Shown here: positions 12,570 through 22,652 of the stretch, in pieces
Position numbering within the stretch: the stretch's first letter is position 1
Layout of the letters: every line of letters begins with the position of its first letter
Assembly (NCBI RefSeq): GCF_947623445.1
Contig: NC_135246.1
Location: 19,028,288 to 19,092,287 of the forward strand
Length of the DNA stretch: 64,000 nt
Direction: 5' to 3'
Origin: Clavelina lepadiformis
Taxonomy: Eukaryota
Program-made: the position numbers and the translations under genes
The notes under the pieces: model-generated
The model's input: the letters and a program-made list of their open reading frames with translations, nothing else
Told to the model about the DNA's origin: nothing
Database searches by the model: none

Positions 12570-13403
12570 TGTGCTTAATGTGAAATGCAAATAGATAAAA
12601 TGGCACTTTTCTCGAATCACTAGATAGATTCCACCATGTCGGTGTTTCCGGAATCTTCTCCTGACTTTCAAATCTGACAAGATGAAAATGTAGCTAGCGT
12701 AGTCTAGATAAAAATCTAGCTAGTGTAGTCTAGATGAAAATGAAGCTAGCGTAGTCTAGATGAAAATCAAGCTAGCGTAGTCTAGATGAAAATCAAGCAA
12801 GCGTAGTCTAGATGAAAATCAAGCTAGCGTAGTCTAGATGAAAATCAAGCTGATTTCGAGACCTAGCTACGCCTACGTCTCTGTAGTGTATTAACTATAA
12901 GCTAGTTTCAACTAAATTTTAAGTATTAAAGTAAACTTCTGTTATTTTCTTAAGGGGTCATGTCCCAATTCAAAGAGATAGGCTTTTCAATGCAAAGTAC
13001 ATTAAATCAAGAAGCTACCAACGCAAAACTACATCATAAACCTACCCTGAATTTTGGCTTGCAACAAGACCTAGGTTATGTCTGTCTACAGTCTTAATTT
13101 GGACAAAATCCTTGTACTCAGTTTTCTATAACAATTGCCTAAACTTTACAACAAGTTTTTAGCTTAACATTTTATGACAAATACTCCAAAAAAACAAAAA
13201 TTCAAACCCACACAAAATTTACAACTTAGCCTAGACCTGGAACCAGCTGTCGTCAAAGCAACGACGAACTACTCCACATCGACGTCACATGCGCATTGGA
13301 CCGGAAAATTTTTACTTTTTTTAATATGACGCATTGAGTGCGACACGGTCACAATCACTGTGTTGCCGGCACAAAATTGTCGTTTTATTGGGAAGTGACC
13401 CCT

Positions 13404-13760
13404 GAAGTCATTCATTGCGTCAACTTTTTCTACGCTATACTAAGCAAAGGATGAATGCTACGTAACTTAGTATAGAAGTAAATTGCTGGTAGTTACTACG
13501 AATAGACAAATGTGTTGAAAAGCAGATCTTAACGCTGACCTTTCAATTGCAAATGCATGATTATTTTGCAACTCGAGCAATTTATACGGTACAAGACGGG
13601 AAATGATGAAAAAAGAGATGCGTGAACCGAAGTATAAGTTGCAAACTGATTAACGTCGCCCAGTGGATAGATAACACAGCAGGAAACCTTCTATTGTTCT
13701 CAGTGTCATTATCAAGCTGTGAGTCTGCATATTTCTTTATTTACAGAGTCGTATGATGGC
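13404..13760 (-). repeat. Inverted copy of 52130-52490, the sequence just upstream of P3. It begins immediately at the tRNA-array boundary.
   Basis: 13404-13700 aligns with the reverse complement of 52200-52490 (gaagtcattcattgcgtcaa[c/g]tttttctacgctatactaagcaa[a/t]ggat[g/c]a[a/t]gc...). 13660-13760 aligns with the reverse complement of 52130-52240. Confidence 0.6.
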
Positions 13761-13849
13761 AACTACATAACCAAACTACAACAATAACCAAACTACAACG
13801 TTGCTTTTAACTGTCGTTTTTTGTCGTGATTGTTTTGCACTTTTTCCAG

Positions 13850-14420
13850 AACGTCTTGAATGAACTCTTTATTATAGTTCATTTCATAGATCTGAAAATG
13901 TTTGTCGCTCAGATCCTTTAACATCTTCCTTATCTGTTAGGCTGAAAATTGAGTATAGCTGTGATTTACCCCTTCATAAGAGTTCCCATACAATCGTTTT
14001 CGAAGTAGTCCTCAAATGAAAGGTCTTAAGTTGCTGGAAATCGAAATGTTATCCAATGTTTGCATGATTTACCATTTCAAGCAACTGTAATAAGTGCACC
14101 AACATCCATCTCTTCAGTAACTTAAAACACGTCGCATGTTCTTCATGGAAGTCGATATTAAGGCATGACATGTTCGGTCATATGCTGGTAAGTTATTTTG
14201 CTCATAATTAATTCATTCACGTATGAATAGAAAATAACTGTTAAAACATGAAAATGTGGGCAAATTAGGTCTATATACTTGATATAATATATAATACAAA
14301 TTTCTAAGTTAACAGAACAAGGACAAGTAAATCTACAAACACGAATAATGGTTTGATTTACCATGAATAAACAAGTAATGTCCCTTTTAATCCAAGGTAG
14401 TCCTTACTCCTTACAAGTGA
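13850..14420 (-). pseudogene. Decayed DCP1-like paralogue (P0). Recognisable exon-2, exon-4 and terminal-exon homologues remain, with no intact exon 1.
   Basis: The minus strand at 14362-14395 reads gattaaaagggacattacttgtttattcatg|gtaaatc. This is near-identical to exon 2 of P2 (gaaatgaaaggaacattatttgtttattcacg|gtaagtc), but the frame is open upstream with no acceptor. The minus strand at ~13970-14035 reads caacttaagacctttcatttgaggactacttcgaaaacgattgt..., homologous to exon 4 of P2 (caacttacggattcatgttccaggactacttcgactgcataagc). The minus strand at 13845-13925 encodes MLKDLSDKHFQIYEMNYNKEFIQDVLEKV..., homologous to the P4/P5 terminal exon DLAYRTRNFRIYEVHSDDEFEYELLQQVD. Confidence 0.4.
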
Positions 14421-14561
14421 GAAACTTCTTTCTAACGATTTCAATTTGCAAAATAAGTTAAACACAAAAGTCTTAGAAACAATTATGGGCAGCAGCAACA
14501 TCTAATGTAAATGGTTCAACTTTCATGAGCAAGTAGAACTTGTACTGTATATTGGTCTGGA

Positions 14562-15909
14562 GGTGTACCGACACTTAATCACGTGACACTTAATCACGCG
14601 ACGCTTAATCACCGACACATAATCACTAGGACATTTAATCACGCGACACATAATCACTAGGACATTTAATCACGCGACACATAATCACTAGGACATTTAA
14701 TCACGCGACTTGGATACTTAATCACGCGACATTTAATCACGCGACACATAATCACTTGGATGCGACTGCCAAAGGCTTCCTTGGTCTTTCTTTTAGAACT
14801 CCCCGACAATTGTTTTGACTCCGTTGTTTCTTTAAATCAACACCAGCTTCATAAAGTCTAATTGTTACATTGTCCGAAAGTATAACCTATGTAATATCTA
14901 ACATTATTCTACTGTATTGTCACCGAAGCTCTTGACCAAAGTACCATCAAAACGTTACACCGTAAAATACAATGCTACTTGAAACTGTGTCAGAGCGTCG
15001 ATTTTGGAACTCTGGAACAATGCCACTGAATGAATTATTACAATTTACTATCACGACCGGTTTACAATTTACTATCACGGCTTTGGCAAGACAGGCTATC
15101 AGTCAAATGAAGGTGAATATGGGTGAACTGTCAGCCAGTACAAGCAACGTCATCGGGTCTGTAAGCAGAGACTTGGAACCAGGTGTACTCATGGCGCTGC
15201 CAAAAAAGCAATCTTTGAAGCGGACCTTGCAGAGAAAACGTCGCGATATGCTGACTGCACACTGTACGGCCGCTCTACAGTCTCCGATGGATACTAATTT
15301 CACAATACCAGAAACATTCCAGCGCATGATTTTGCACGACTCTGGACCTGGAAACAATCGTCTGATTCTTCTTGGCAGCAGGGATCTGCTAGACGGTTTG
15401 GCCAGAGCGAAATTGTGGCTAGCTGATGGAACGTTCAAGGTTGTACCGTCTTTGTTCTTTCAACTATACACAGTACATTTTGAACTTGTTCCCGGTCTTA
15501 TTCCTGCAGCAGTTTACTGCCTCGTTCAAAATAAAACGCGAGCAACGTACGATCGCATCCTTGATGCAATTAAAACAATGATCCCCACTGCTGTACAAGG
15601 CACTGAAACTGCGCGTGCAAAACACAGCTGACCGTTATCTGTCAAGCGAGATTTTAGTCTATCTTCGTGCAGTTGCTTACATTTCCCATGCATAACATTG
15701 CTGTAAATTGTAAATGTAAAAAAATATTGTAAATGTGTAATTAAATGTCGCGTGATTAAATGTCCTAGTGATTATGTGTCGCGTGATTAAATGTCCTAGT
15801 GATTATGTGTCGCGTGATAAAATGTCGCGTGATTAAATGTCCTAGTGATTATGTGTCGGTGATTAAGCGTCGCGTGATTAATTGTCGCGTGATTAAGTGT
15901 CACCAAACC
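14562..15909 (+). mobile_element. Non-autonomous MULE-like (Mutator superfamily) DNA transposon with long terminal inverted repeat (TIR) arrays and 8-bp TSDs
   Basis: The left end GGTGTACCGACACTTAATCACG... and the reverse complement of the right end GGTGACACTTAATCACGCGAC... are inverted repeats. Each end carries ~180 bp of tandem 12-24-bp motifs (TTAATCACGCGAC / ACATAATCACTAGGACATTTAATCACGCGAC). It is flanked by a perfect 8-bp direct repeat GGTCTGGA at 14554-14561 and 15910-15917. Internally it carries a truncated transposase ORF. Confidence 0.65.
14972..15631 (+). CDS. Truncated transposase fragment (219 aa) of the MULE-like element
   Basis: It is the only long ORF inside the TIR-bounded element. 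The motif ...LWLADGTFKVVPSLFFQLYTVHFELVPGLIPAAVYCLVQNKTRATYDRILDAI... resembles the DDE core region of MuDR/MULE transposases (D-x-T-[FY]-K ... spaced hydrophobics). At 219 aa it is too short to be autonomous. Confidence 0.45.
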   Translation: MLLETVSERRFWNSGTMPLNELLQFTITTGLQFTITALARQAISQMKVNMGELSASTSNVIGSVSRDLEPGVLMALPKKQSLKRTLQRKRRDMLTAHCTAALQSPMDTNFTIPETFQRMILHDSGPGNNRLILLGSRDLLDGLARAKLWLADGTFKVVPSLFFQLYTVHFELVPGLIPAAVYCLVQNKTRATYDRILDAIKTMIPTAVQGTETARAKHS

Positions 15910-18899
15910 GGTCTGGAAGGTTGTTTTTGTTTGCAAGTACTGTAGAAGAAGGCGAAAAAATTAACTTTAATGACAAGTTTGTTGTCTTTCTACCTCTTTT
16001 TGACTGCGTTTTTATCACTTATTTTCCTCGATATATATTTACTGGCAACATCGATGTTATTGATAGAGAACAACGTACATAGATTTAATCTGCAATGTAA
16101 ACTTTTAATAGAGAACGTCGTACTTACTGTTTTCACGACCGAGTCTTGACATATCCTCTTTGCTTTGAACAGGCCCACGTTGGGCAAAGTTGCCAAATTC
16201 TTTACATCGAAACGCTTTTTGCCATGAGCAAGGCGACCAAACTCTGCCCATTCCAAGTCAAATCACAGAAAACCCGGAGGCAACATGCTCGGTTGACTTT
16301 TCCGTTGATGGAACCACGTGGTCATGGACCATATTTTTTAAGACAGTGCCTTACATTATCACTGCAAACTTTTAAATTGATTGAAAAAAGATAAAATTAA
16401 ATGTGGCAGGAATATCATGTTAGTAAAACAACTGTTTTTAATTAGTGGAATACAAACAACATCCAAATGACGTGTAGGCCATGATGGACAATGGGCAGGG
16501 TTGGGGTTGTGATGTACGGTGCATATTATACCACACAGATGGAAAATAATATATACTTCCTGGTTTGGGAAATCTACTTTGCGAAGCGTTGCGTTACGTG
16601 TCGCCTATGCATAACTTCCTGTGTATCGTTATAAATCGTGACGTGAGTTATTCTTTCATTCATAGCTATTCATTGCGTTACAGTCTACTAAGTTAACCCT
16701 AGAAAGTGGTCGACTTTATTATGTAGCTGTCCCAATGTTTTATCTAAATGTGTGCGTTTAAAGAAGCTTCAATATAATCAGAATATACAGTTGTCATTGT
16801 TGTGTAACCTTTGTAGTGAAGTGGGTAAACCTTACAGGTTAAGGTACCATATACCACTTTTCATTACAGGGTATAATGGTTAGTAGTTATCGATTCGTCA
16901 ATTGCCGGAATTTACTTGGTTTTATCAAAAAACATTCATTATTTGATTAATCATTACTTTGAACAAAATGACACCGTACCAATTAACGCCATCAGGCGAG
17001 TAAACTTATATCAATTTGAATTCTCATTCGGCCTCTTTATATCAGCGCACGTTTTTAAGTCTGAAGTCTTAAGTCTTTAAAAAGATTTGCACGTTTTCAA
17101 AAACATTTTATAAATAATTGTTTGAAACGTCTTTAAGTAGGATGGGCAACCTAGTAAGTAGTTTATTAAATTACTTTAAGGAATATTGGATTAAACATTC
17201 TTTCAGAGCAACTCAGCCTAAGCGTAATCAAAGTGACGAAACAACGCGTAGGTTATTCCTCAACTGGTCCGTCGCGATTTGTGAGTATCTCCAGAATAAA
17301 CAGATTTTTCGTTAAAAGGTGCAGGCGACTAGATAATTACACTTTTTGCCGTCTGATAGTTTGCAACGACAGTATACGAATGGCACATAAGTTACAAAAC
17401 GAAGTTTATTTATTTTCAAAGTATTAAAAGTTAGTTCCCTTTGGAACAACGCGCTCTTCCATCGAAGCATGGACAGAGTTTCCAAACAAGACATCTATCT
17501 GAGACCAGCCGCTTCCAAACAAGAAACGTTCACACGGGGCAGAAATAGATAAGTCCGTTTATTAGAAACCTGGGAAAACAAAGTCATGCAACTCGCTGTA
17601 ACCATTAAAGCAACATATAACGACCCCATTGAAATTTAAAGCTCTCGTAAAACTTGTGCTTTTTGCACAGTTTTTAAACTACCAATATCAATATCAATAA
17701 CCGGCCCTACTTTGATCGTGATATAATCGTATCTGTTCTAAGCACTGCACGCGGAAATTGTTTGGTTTTATGATAGTTAAATGCTGCGAGAAATCGCTGA
17801 AAACTGACTGAGCCCTGTGGAAATAATATATTTCTGCAAAAGTCTAACTAAAAGAACGTAGTAAATAGACTAAGCTATGAGCTTTCGCTTCATCTCAAGA
17901 CACTACCTCACCAGCAAGTACTAAAACTTAATTTAAAAACGAAAACTATTTATTGTGTCAAAATTCCGACTCCTTACTAGTTACTACACATTTGCATCAT
18001 GCAATATTGAAATTGTCATATTGGAGCGAATGTCTGGAACGTATGATGAGTAGACTAATGAACGGAACGTACGACAGATCCAAAACGCTTGAGAACACAA
18101 TTTTGAAACAGAAATTTCAAACGAAAAAAAATGTTTTCGCCAATAAGATAATTTATGGGGAAAGATTAGACAGGGAAGAAATAAAGATTTGGACACAAGG
18201 TGCAAGATTGGTAAAATTAAATAAAGCAAGCAGGGGATATTGCAATTTTAGGATTAGCTCAGGTGCCAAGTCGCTATATTTCGAAGGCTCTTTTTGTACA
18301 GTCTCACGCAATTATCAGCTTGAGATAAAAGTATTGCCACAAAGCCAGGAGCAATTAAATCAGATATAACTGGAAGCAAGCGCGACTTCCACAACAAATT
18401 TTAAAGGTTTTGGCAATAACGAGACTGGTGGCTTCAAAATGTGAGCAAAGCGTTACTGTGAAGAACATAACTGAAGATTAATCGATTTTAAACTAAAATT
18501 TGTGTTTTTAAAATTTGCAGAAAGTTCGGTTTTGTTATAAAATAATTGTGCAAAATATTATTTCTAATCAAATTGATCGAATCTTCCTTACACGAAATCG
18601 CAACAAGTAAAAACTTTTAGATAAATTTTTCTTCTGCGGCATGCATCCTGATATTTATTTCATAGATCAAAAAATCTTTGGTTACATTCGCCAAAGCTGA
18701 ACCATTGTCTTCTTTATCTTCTGGTGAAGCTTCTCGAAGGCGGCTCATTGTATTCAGCCATGAAACCGTTTGGTACAAAAGTTTATTTATAATTATAATA
18801 AATGTAATCAATCAATACAATGAAGAAGCACCGACGACATAACTTGGTACAAATCATCGAACTGATTTGAGAGTTTATAGATCGATATAAAAATCGCCA

Positions 18900-19800
18900 C
18901 CAGCCGGGATATTAAACGAGCGGTGAAGTGAAGAAAGCGCGTATTGTAATATTTCGTCAAGAAAATTTTACGCTTATGGTCTTTATATATTGCAACAATT
19001 TTTAAAATGCTGGATCGGTGCAAGCGCTCTTGTGCTACCGTGGCATCAAAACGAAATGCAGTGAGCTTACAAGGAAACTTTCATCAAAGACGAAGCAAGA
19101 AGCTAAAGGAAATGTTTCCGAATTAAAAAAAAGTTTCTGATATAATTTATGCGCGGTTATTTGCATTACTAGTAACAAGTCAGCCATTGCTTACTTAGAA
19201 CATTGCACATAATTCTGGCCAAAATCGTGGTAAATGGCAATATTGCAGCATTCTACTAAATTGCACTGTTATGTTTGAAAAATAATATGAAAAAATAAAT
19301 AAACTCGAAGAAAGCAATTCTTTTAGGACGTGGCAAATATGGTAAAAATGTAGAAGAAATTGTTATTTCAGCTAGAAAGTGCTAGTTGCTAATTGCAATT
19401 TTAACAAAAAACGTGGTGCAAGATCATATAGTAATGAGGTCATTTTACAAAAATACATTTCACAAACTTTTAAAATTAAACAAAACTTAAAGGATGAAAT
19501 CAAAATCAGGACCTTGATCAAAAAAATAGAACACAAAATTCGAGTGCTGTCTTAATGCGAAGCAGAAACAAAAATCCATGATGTGTTTGAAGTATGATGT
19601 TAATTCCACAACTGAAACGTAATAATTGAAAAGCATTGCCTGCCAGTTTTCCAAAGTAAAACTAAAATTTGTAAATTGTGACTTAAATGGGAAATGAAGA
19701 ACTGGACAAAATAGCAAACTCTGATATGGGGGAAATTAACACGTTGGATGGAAAAGACTTTTCGTATATTGATTGAACACAAATTTTAAATAAATAATGT
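18900..19800 (+). repeat. Outer segment of the left palindrome arm. It is the inverted copy of 61700-62790.
   Basis: 19018-19150 is near-identical to the reverse complement of 62541-62680 (tgcaagcgctcttgtgctac[c/g]gtggcatcaaaacgaaatgcagtgagcttacaaggaaactttcatcaaagacgaagcaagaagc...). 19260-19330 matches the reverse complement of 62200-62300. Confidence 0.6.
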
Positions 19801-20097
19801 TGTGTGAAGATGTAAGAGGCAAGAGAGGAGATACATAGTAAGAACTTCTACATGGTAAGAAAACTTAACTGGCGTAAGTACTTCATCTAAAACTTAAAAC
19901 AGTCATTTTGTGTTAAGTAAAACCTATCTGCGGTTAAATCTCTATTCAAGTAACGCAACATTTTATGAAACGCTTTTACAAAATGAAATGTTATTGTTGT
20001 GACTTGTGATGTTATTCAAGTTATTTTACCTCTTCACTATCTTTAACTTGAAATAAGGAAACTGTGACATTGACCAACTGACCTTCGTTGTCCTCGA

Positions 20098-21284
20098 TTA
20101 ATCCACTTCTTCCAGAATGTCTTCCTCGAACTCTTCATCGCTATCTATTTCATAGATCCCAAAATGTTGTGTTCGATATGCCAAATCTTGTTTTTCCTTG
20201 GCATCGTCTTCTTCGTGTTCCATTAGACTGCATAAAAGACAACATACAAAAGATAACTTCAATGAAGAATTTGTCGTATTTTGCTACTACCAGTCCGTGT
20301 TTTGGATGCAGACAAGTGCTTGCTACTGTACTTAAATCTAATGCTGTACTTCAACTTTTCAAAAGTTATTTAGTGTAATTTGCTTTGTCATTAGATTAAA
20401 ATTTTCAATTGACCATTTGGTTTACATAGACAGGTATTTGTGCAGTTATATACAGACATGTATGCTACACATTTCCAAGAACTTACTGAAGTAAAAGGTG
20501 ACCAATTCGATTACCATCTCCTTTGTTTGCGAAACTTAAACAATGTTCGAATGTCATATCTACAAATACATAAATTTAACTCAACCAAGGTTCTGTATAA
20601 GCTTATTGATATTATTAATTAATATACTTGCACCTACTATCATATCTTGTGTATTTCAGGCTATGACTTTCTAGATTGAAGAACTCCATACAAGAATATT
20701 GAACTGGTTCAAACAAACTCTTTTGATTCAATGGGTTCAGTACAATGAACCCATAGTAGGGACGAACATAGCTGACCAAAAATGAGCGAGTCATGAAATC
20801 GGCTCATGCAAGCTATGATAGACGTTTAAGCAGCAAAATAGAATATAAAATCCGTTAAAAAATAAAATAATATTACACAAAACGGTAATGAGCTTGGCTT
20901 ACCTTGAATACACAAATAACGTCCCCTCTGCGATTAATTCCTCCTAAAATAATTGAAATTTGTTTCAATAATATAGAGAATAGATTATTATTAACTGCTG
21001 GAATAACTACACGCAAACGCTGTTACACCTACACCAGTTCTTTCTAGAAAAAGTAAAACTAGGCTAAACTTTATAAAAGTACAGATAGTGTCATTGCCAT
21101 AAATTGTGAAACATGTAAAAAATTCAACAATAAAGAAAATACACAAGCAACATACCGTTTGTGTATTTAAATTGTGCTTGTAAGCTTCCACTTGACTTGC
21201 AAAATCTATGATGTGTGAAATAAATGGATTATGACGGCGAAGTGTTCTCAAAATAACGTTCTTTTCCATTTCAGAAAACATCAT
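20098..21284 (-). CDS. DCP1-like EVH1-domain protein paralogue P5, 5 exons, ~168 aa. It mirrors P4.
   Basis: Exons on the minus strand are 21156-21284 (MMFSEMEKNVILRTLRRHNPFISHIIDFASQVEAYKHNLNTQT|gtatgt), 20903-20943, 20638-20771 (S YVRPYYGFIVLNPLNQKSLFEPVQYSCMEFFNLESHSLKYTRYD), 20487-20559 (NMTFEHCLSFANKGDGNRIGHLLL) and 20098-20227 (terminal, ...DLAYRTQHFGIYEIDSDEEFEEDILEEVD*). The GT-AG introns share phases with P1-P4. Exon 2 (GGINRRGDVICVFK) has lost the canonical GTLFVY motif, so this may be an early pseudogene. Confidence 0.5.
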
Positions 21285-22040
21285 GAAAAATAGTTTGCAC
21301 AGATATGCAGTAAATCTGGTATTTTAATCGCGAGCAATATTATACATATGCACTGCACAAAGAAATTTGTGAAAGTAAAGAACATCTTTTAGACAGATTT
21401 ACTTTTCAACTGCAATCACTGTACAGGACAACTGCTTTTATAGGGCAGTCATCTTATTAAAACAAAGGGATTGTCTACTAGAAAAAAATTACAAGCAAAA
21501 AAGAACTTGAAACCATGGCTCAAAAGCAGTCAATGACGAGATCAACACAGGTTAAAAGTTGTAAGTTGGTAAACGATGCACAATGTGTGAAAAATTCAAC
21601 AGTATACACAAGCAGCATACCCTTTATGCGTTTAAAATGCAGATATAAGCTTTAACTTGTTTGGAAGAATCTATGATGTGTGAAATGTATGAATTATGAC
21701 GCCGAAGTATTCTCAAAACAACGTTCTTTTCCATTTCAGAAAAAAATGGAAATTATTTTGCACGGATATGCAGTAAACCTGGTATTTTAATCGCGAGCAA
21801 TCATATACACAAACATTGCAAAAAGAAATCTGTTAAAGTAAAGCACATCTCTTAGACAGACTTACTTTTCAACTGCAGTCATTCTACAGGACAACTGCTT
21901 TTATTGGGCTTCCATCTTATTAAAAAAAGGGATTGTCTAATGCAAGATATTACAAAGCAAAAAAATTTGAAACCATGTCTCAAAAAGTAATCAATGATGA
22001 AATCAACACAGGTTCAAAGTTGTGACTTGATTGGTGATAG
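21100..22040. repeat. Local tandem duplication with a ~480-bp period and two copies. It contains the P5 exon 1 and a second exon-1 copy.
   Basis: 21100-21560 matches 21580-22040 with ~85-90% identity read by eye (gtgaaa[c/a]atgtaaaaaattcaaca..., gtaaagaacatcttttagacagatttacttttcaactgca...). Confidence 0.6.
21639..21755 (-). pseudogene. Extra P4/P5-type exon-1 copy with an in-frame stop
   Basis: The minus strand encodes MEKNVVLRILRRHNSYISHIIDSSKQVKAYICILNA*. A TAA precedes the donor gggtatgctgc. Confidence 0.45.
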
Positions 22041-22079
22041 CACCATATTCCAAGCATAAACTTTTTCGTTAAAGATAAA

Positions 22080-22652
22080 TGGCCATTCTTTGGTAAGAGT
22101 TTCAGTAATGCACCACTGCTAATTTCCGGTTAACTGAATGAAAAGCTTTCTTTCATGAACCTTTTAACTTTGCCTTGATCTTTGATGGTTTACTTATGCG
22201 TCTCCTGCAAATCCAAAGATATTCCCAACTTCTAATTTCTTTTCTTATCACAGTTTCCAGCCTGTACTTGAGTTGCTTGGTCAATGACTTATGTCCACCA
22301 CCCAAAACCACTCCATCGCAAAAGTCCTCAATTGGCTGAGGAAACTTTGATATAACTTTGTACGATATTAGCCGTAAATCTCTAAGTGATAGTTTTTTGC
22401 AACTTTCATTACATCTTCAATAATAACCCTAACCATATACGGTATAGCTGCCAGATCTGGCATCAGGCCTTTGTCAGAAGTTTGGTTTAAAATGATTGGA
22501 AACTTGTTACAGGGATATTGAAATCCAGCTGGCCATGAGTATGACTGATAGCTCACTGATGAAGTCGACGCTTTCATACTAGTGCTGTCTTTTTCCATAA
22601 CTTCACATTTTCCTGCCACCTGAACTGTAGCAGCTAAAATTTGGAAAATCAT
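22080..22652 (-). pseudogene. Frameshifted coding remnant, probably transposon-derived
   Basis: The 94-aa ORF 22368-22652 (...ILNQTSDKGLMPDLAAIPYMVRVIIEDVMKVAKNYHLEIYG*) is continued in another frame at 22080-22370 (ISYKVISKFPQPIEDFCDGVVLGGGHKSLTKQLKYRLETVIRKEI...). There are no splice signals at the junction. Confidence 0.25.

Larger units (their letters stand above)
1..13403. repeat. Tandem array of a 2309-bp unit, about 5.8 copies. Unit starts are at 1, 2310, 4619, 6928, 9237 and 11546; the last copy is truncated at ~13403. The array probably continues upstream of the window.
   Basis: The six-frame ORF sets repeat exactly every 2309 bp, for example 223/2532/4841/7150/9459/11768. Sequence blocks read identically. 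The array ends where ...gggaagtgacccct switches from taaacgtgaag to gaagtcattc at 13403/13404. Confidence 0.95.

Noticed and set aside
1-13403. Could the regular 2309-bp repeats be a CRISPR array or another prokaryotic repeat system?
   Set aside because: The units are 2.3 kb and identical, with no short direct repeat and unique spacer organisation. They contain eukaryotic class-II tRNA genes. The rest of the window has spliced eukaryotic genes. There is no cas-like ORF.
15990-16256. 88-aa minus-strand ORF just right of the MULE-like element, as a candidate for the missing P0 exon 1
   Set aside because: Its translation (…FDVKNLATLPNVGLFKAKRICQDSVV…) lacks the DCP1 exon-1 signature (L..L...DP.I..I.D.A.QVA.Y.F......W) and has no GT donor at the expected place.
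17953-18369. 138-aa ORF
   Set aside because: There are no splice-consistent neighbours. It has AT-rich codon usage, no recognisable domain, and no paralogue in the mirrored arm.
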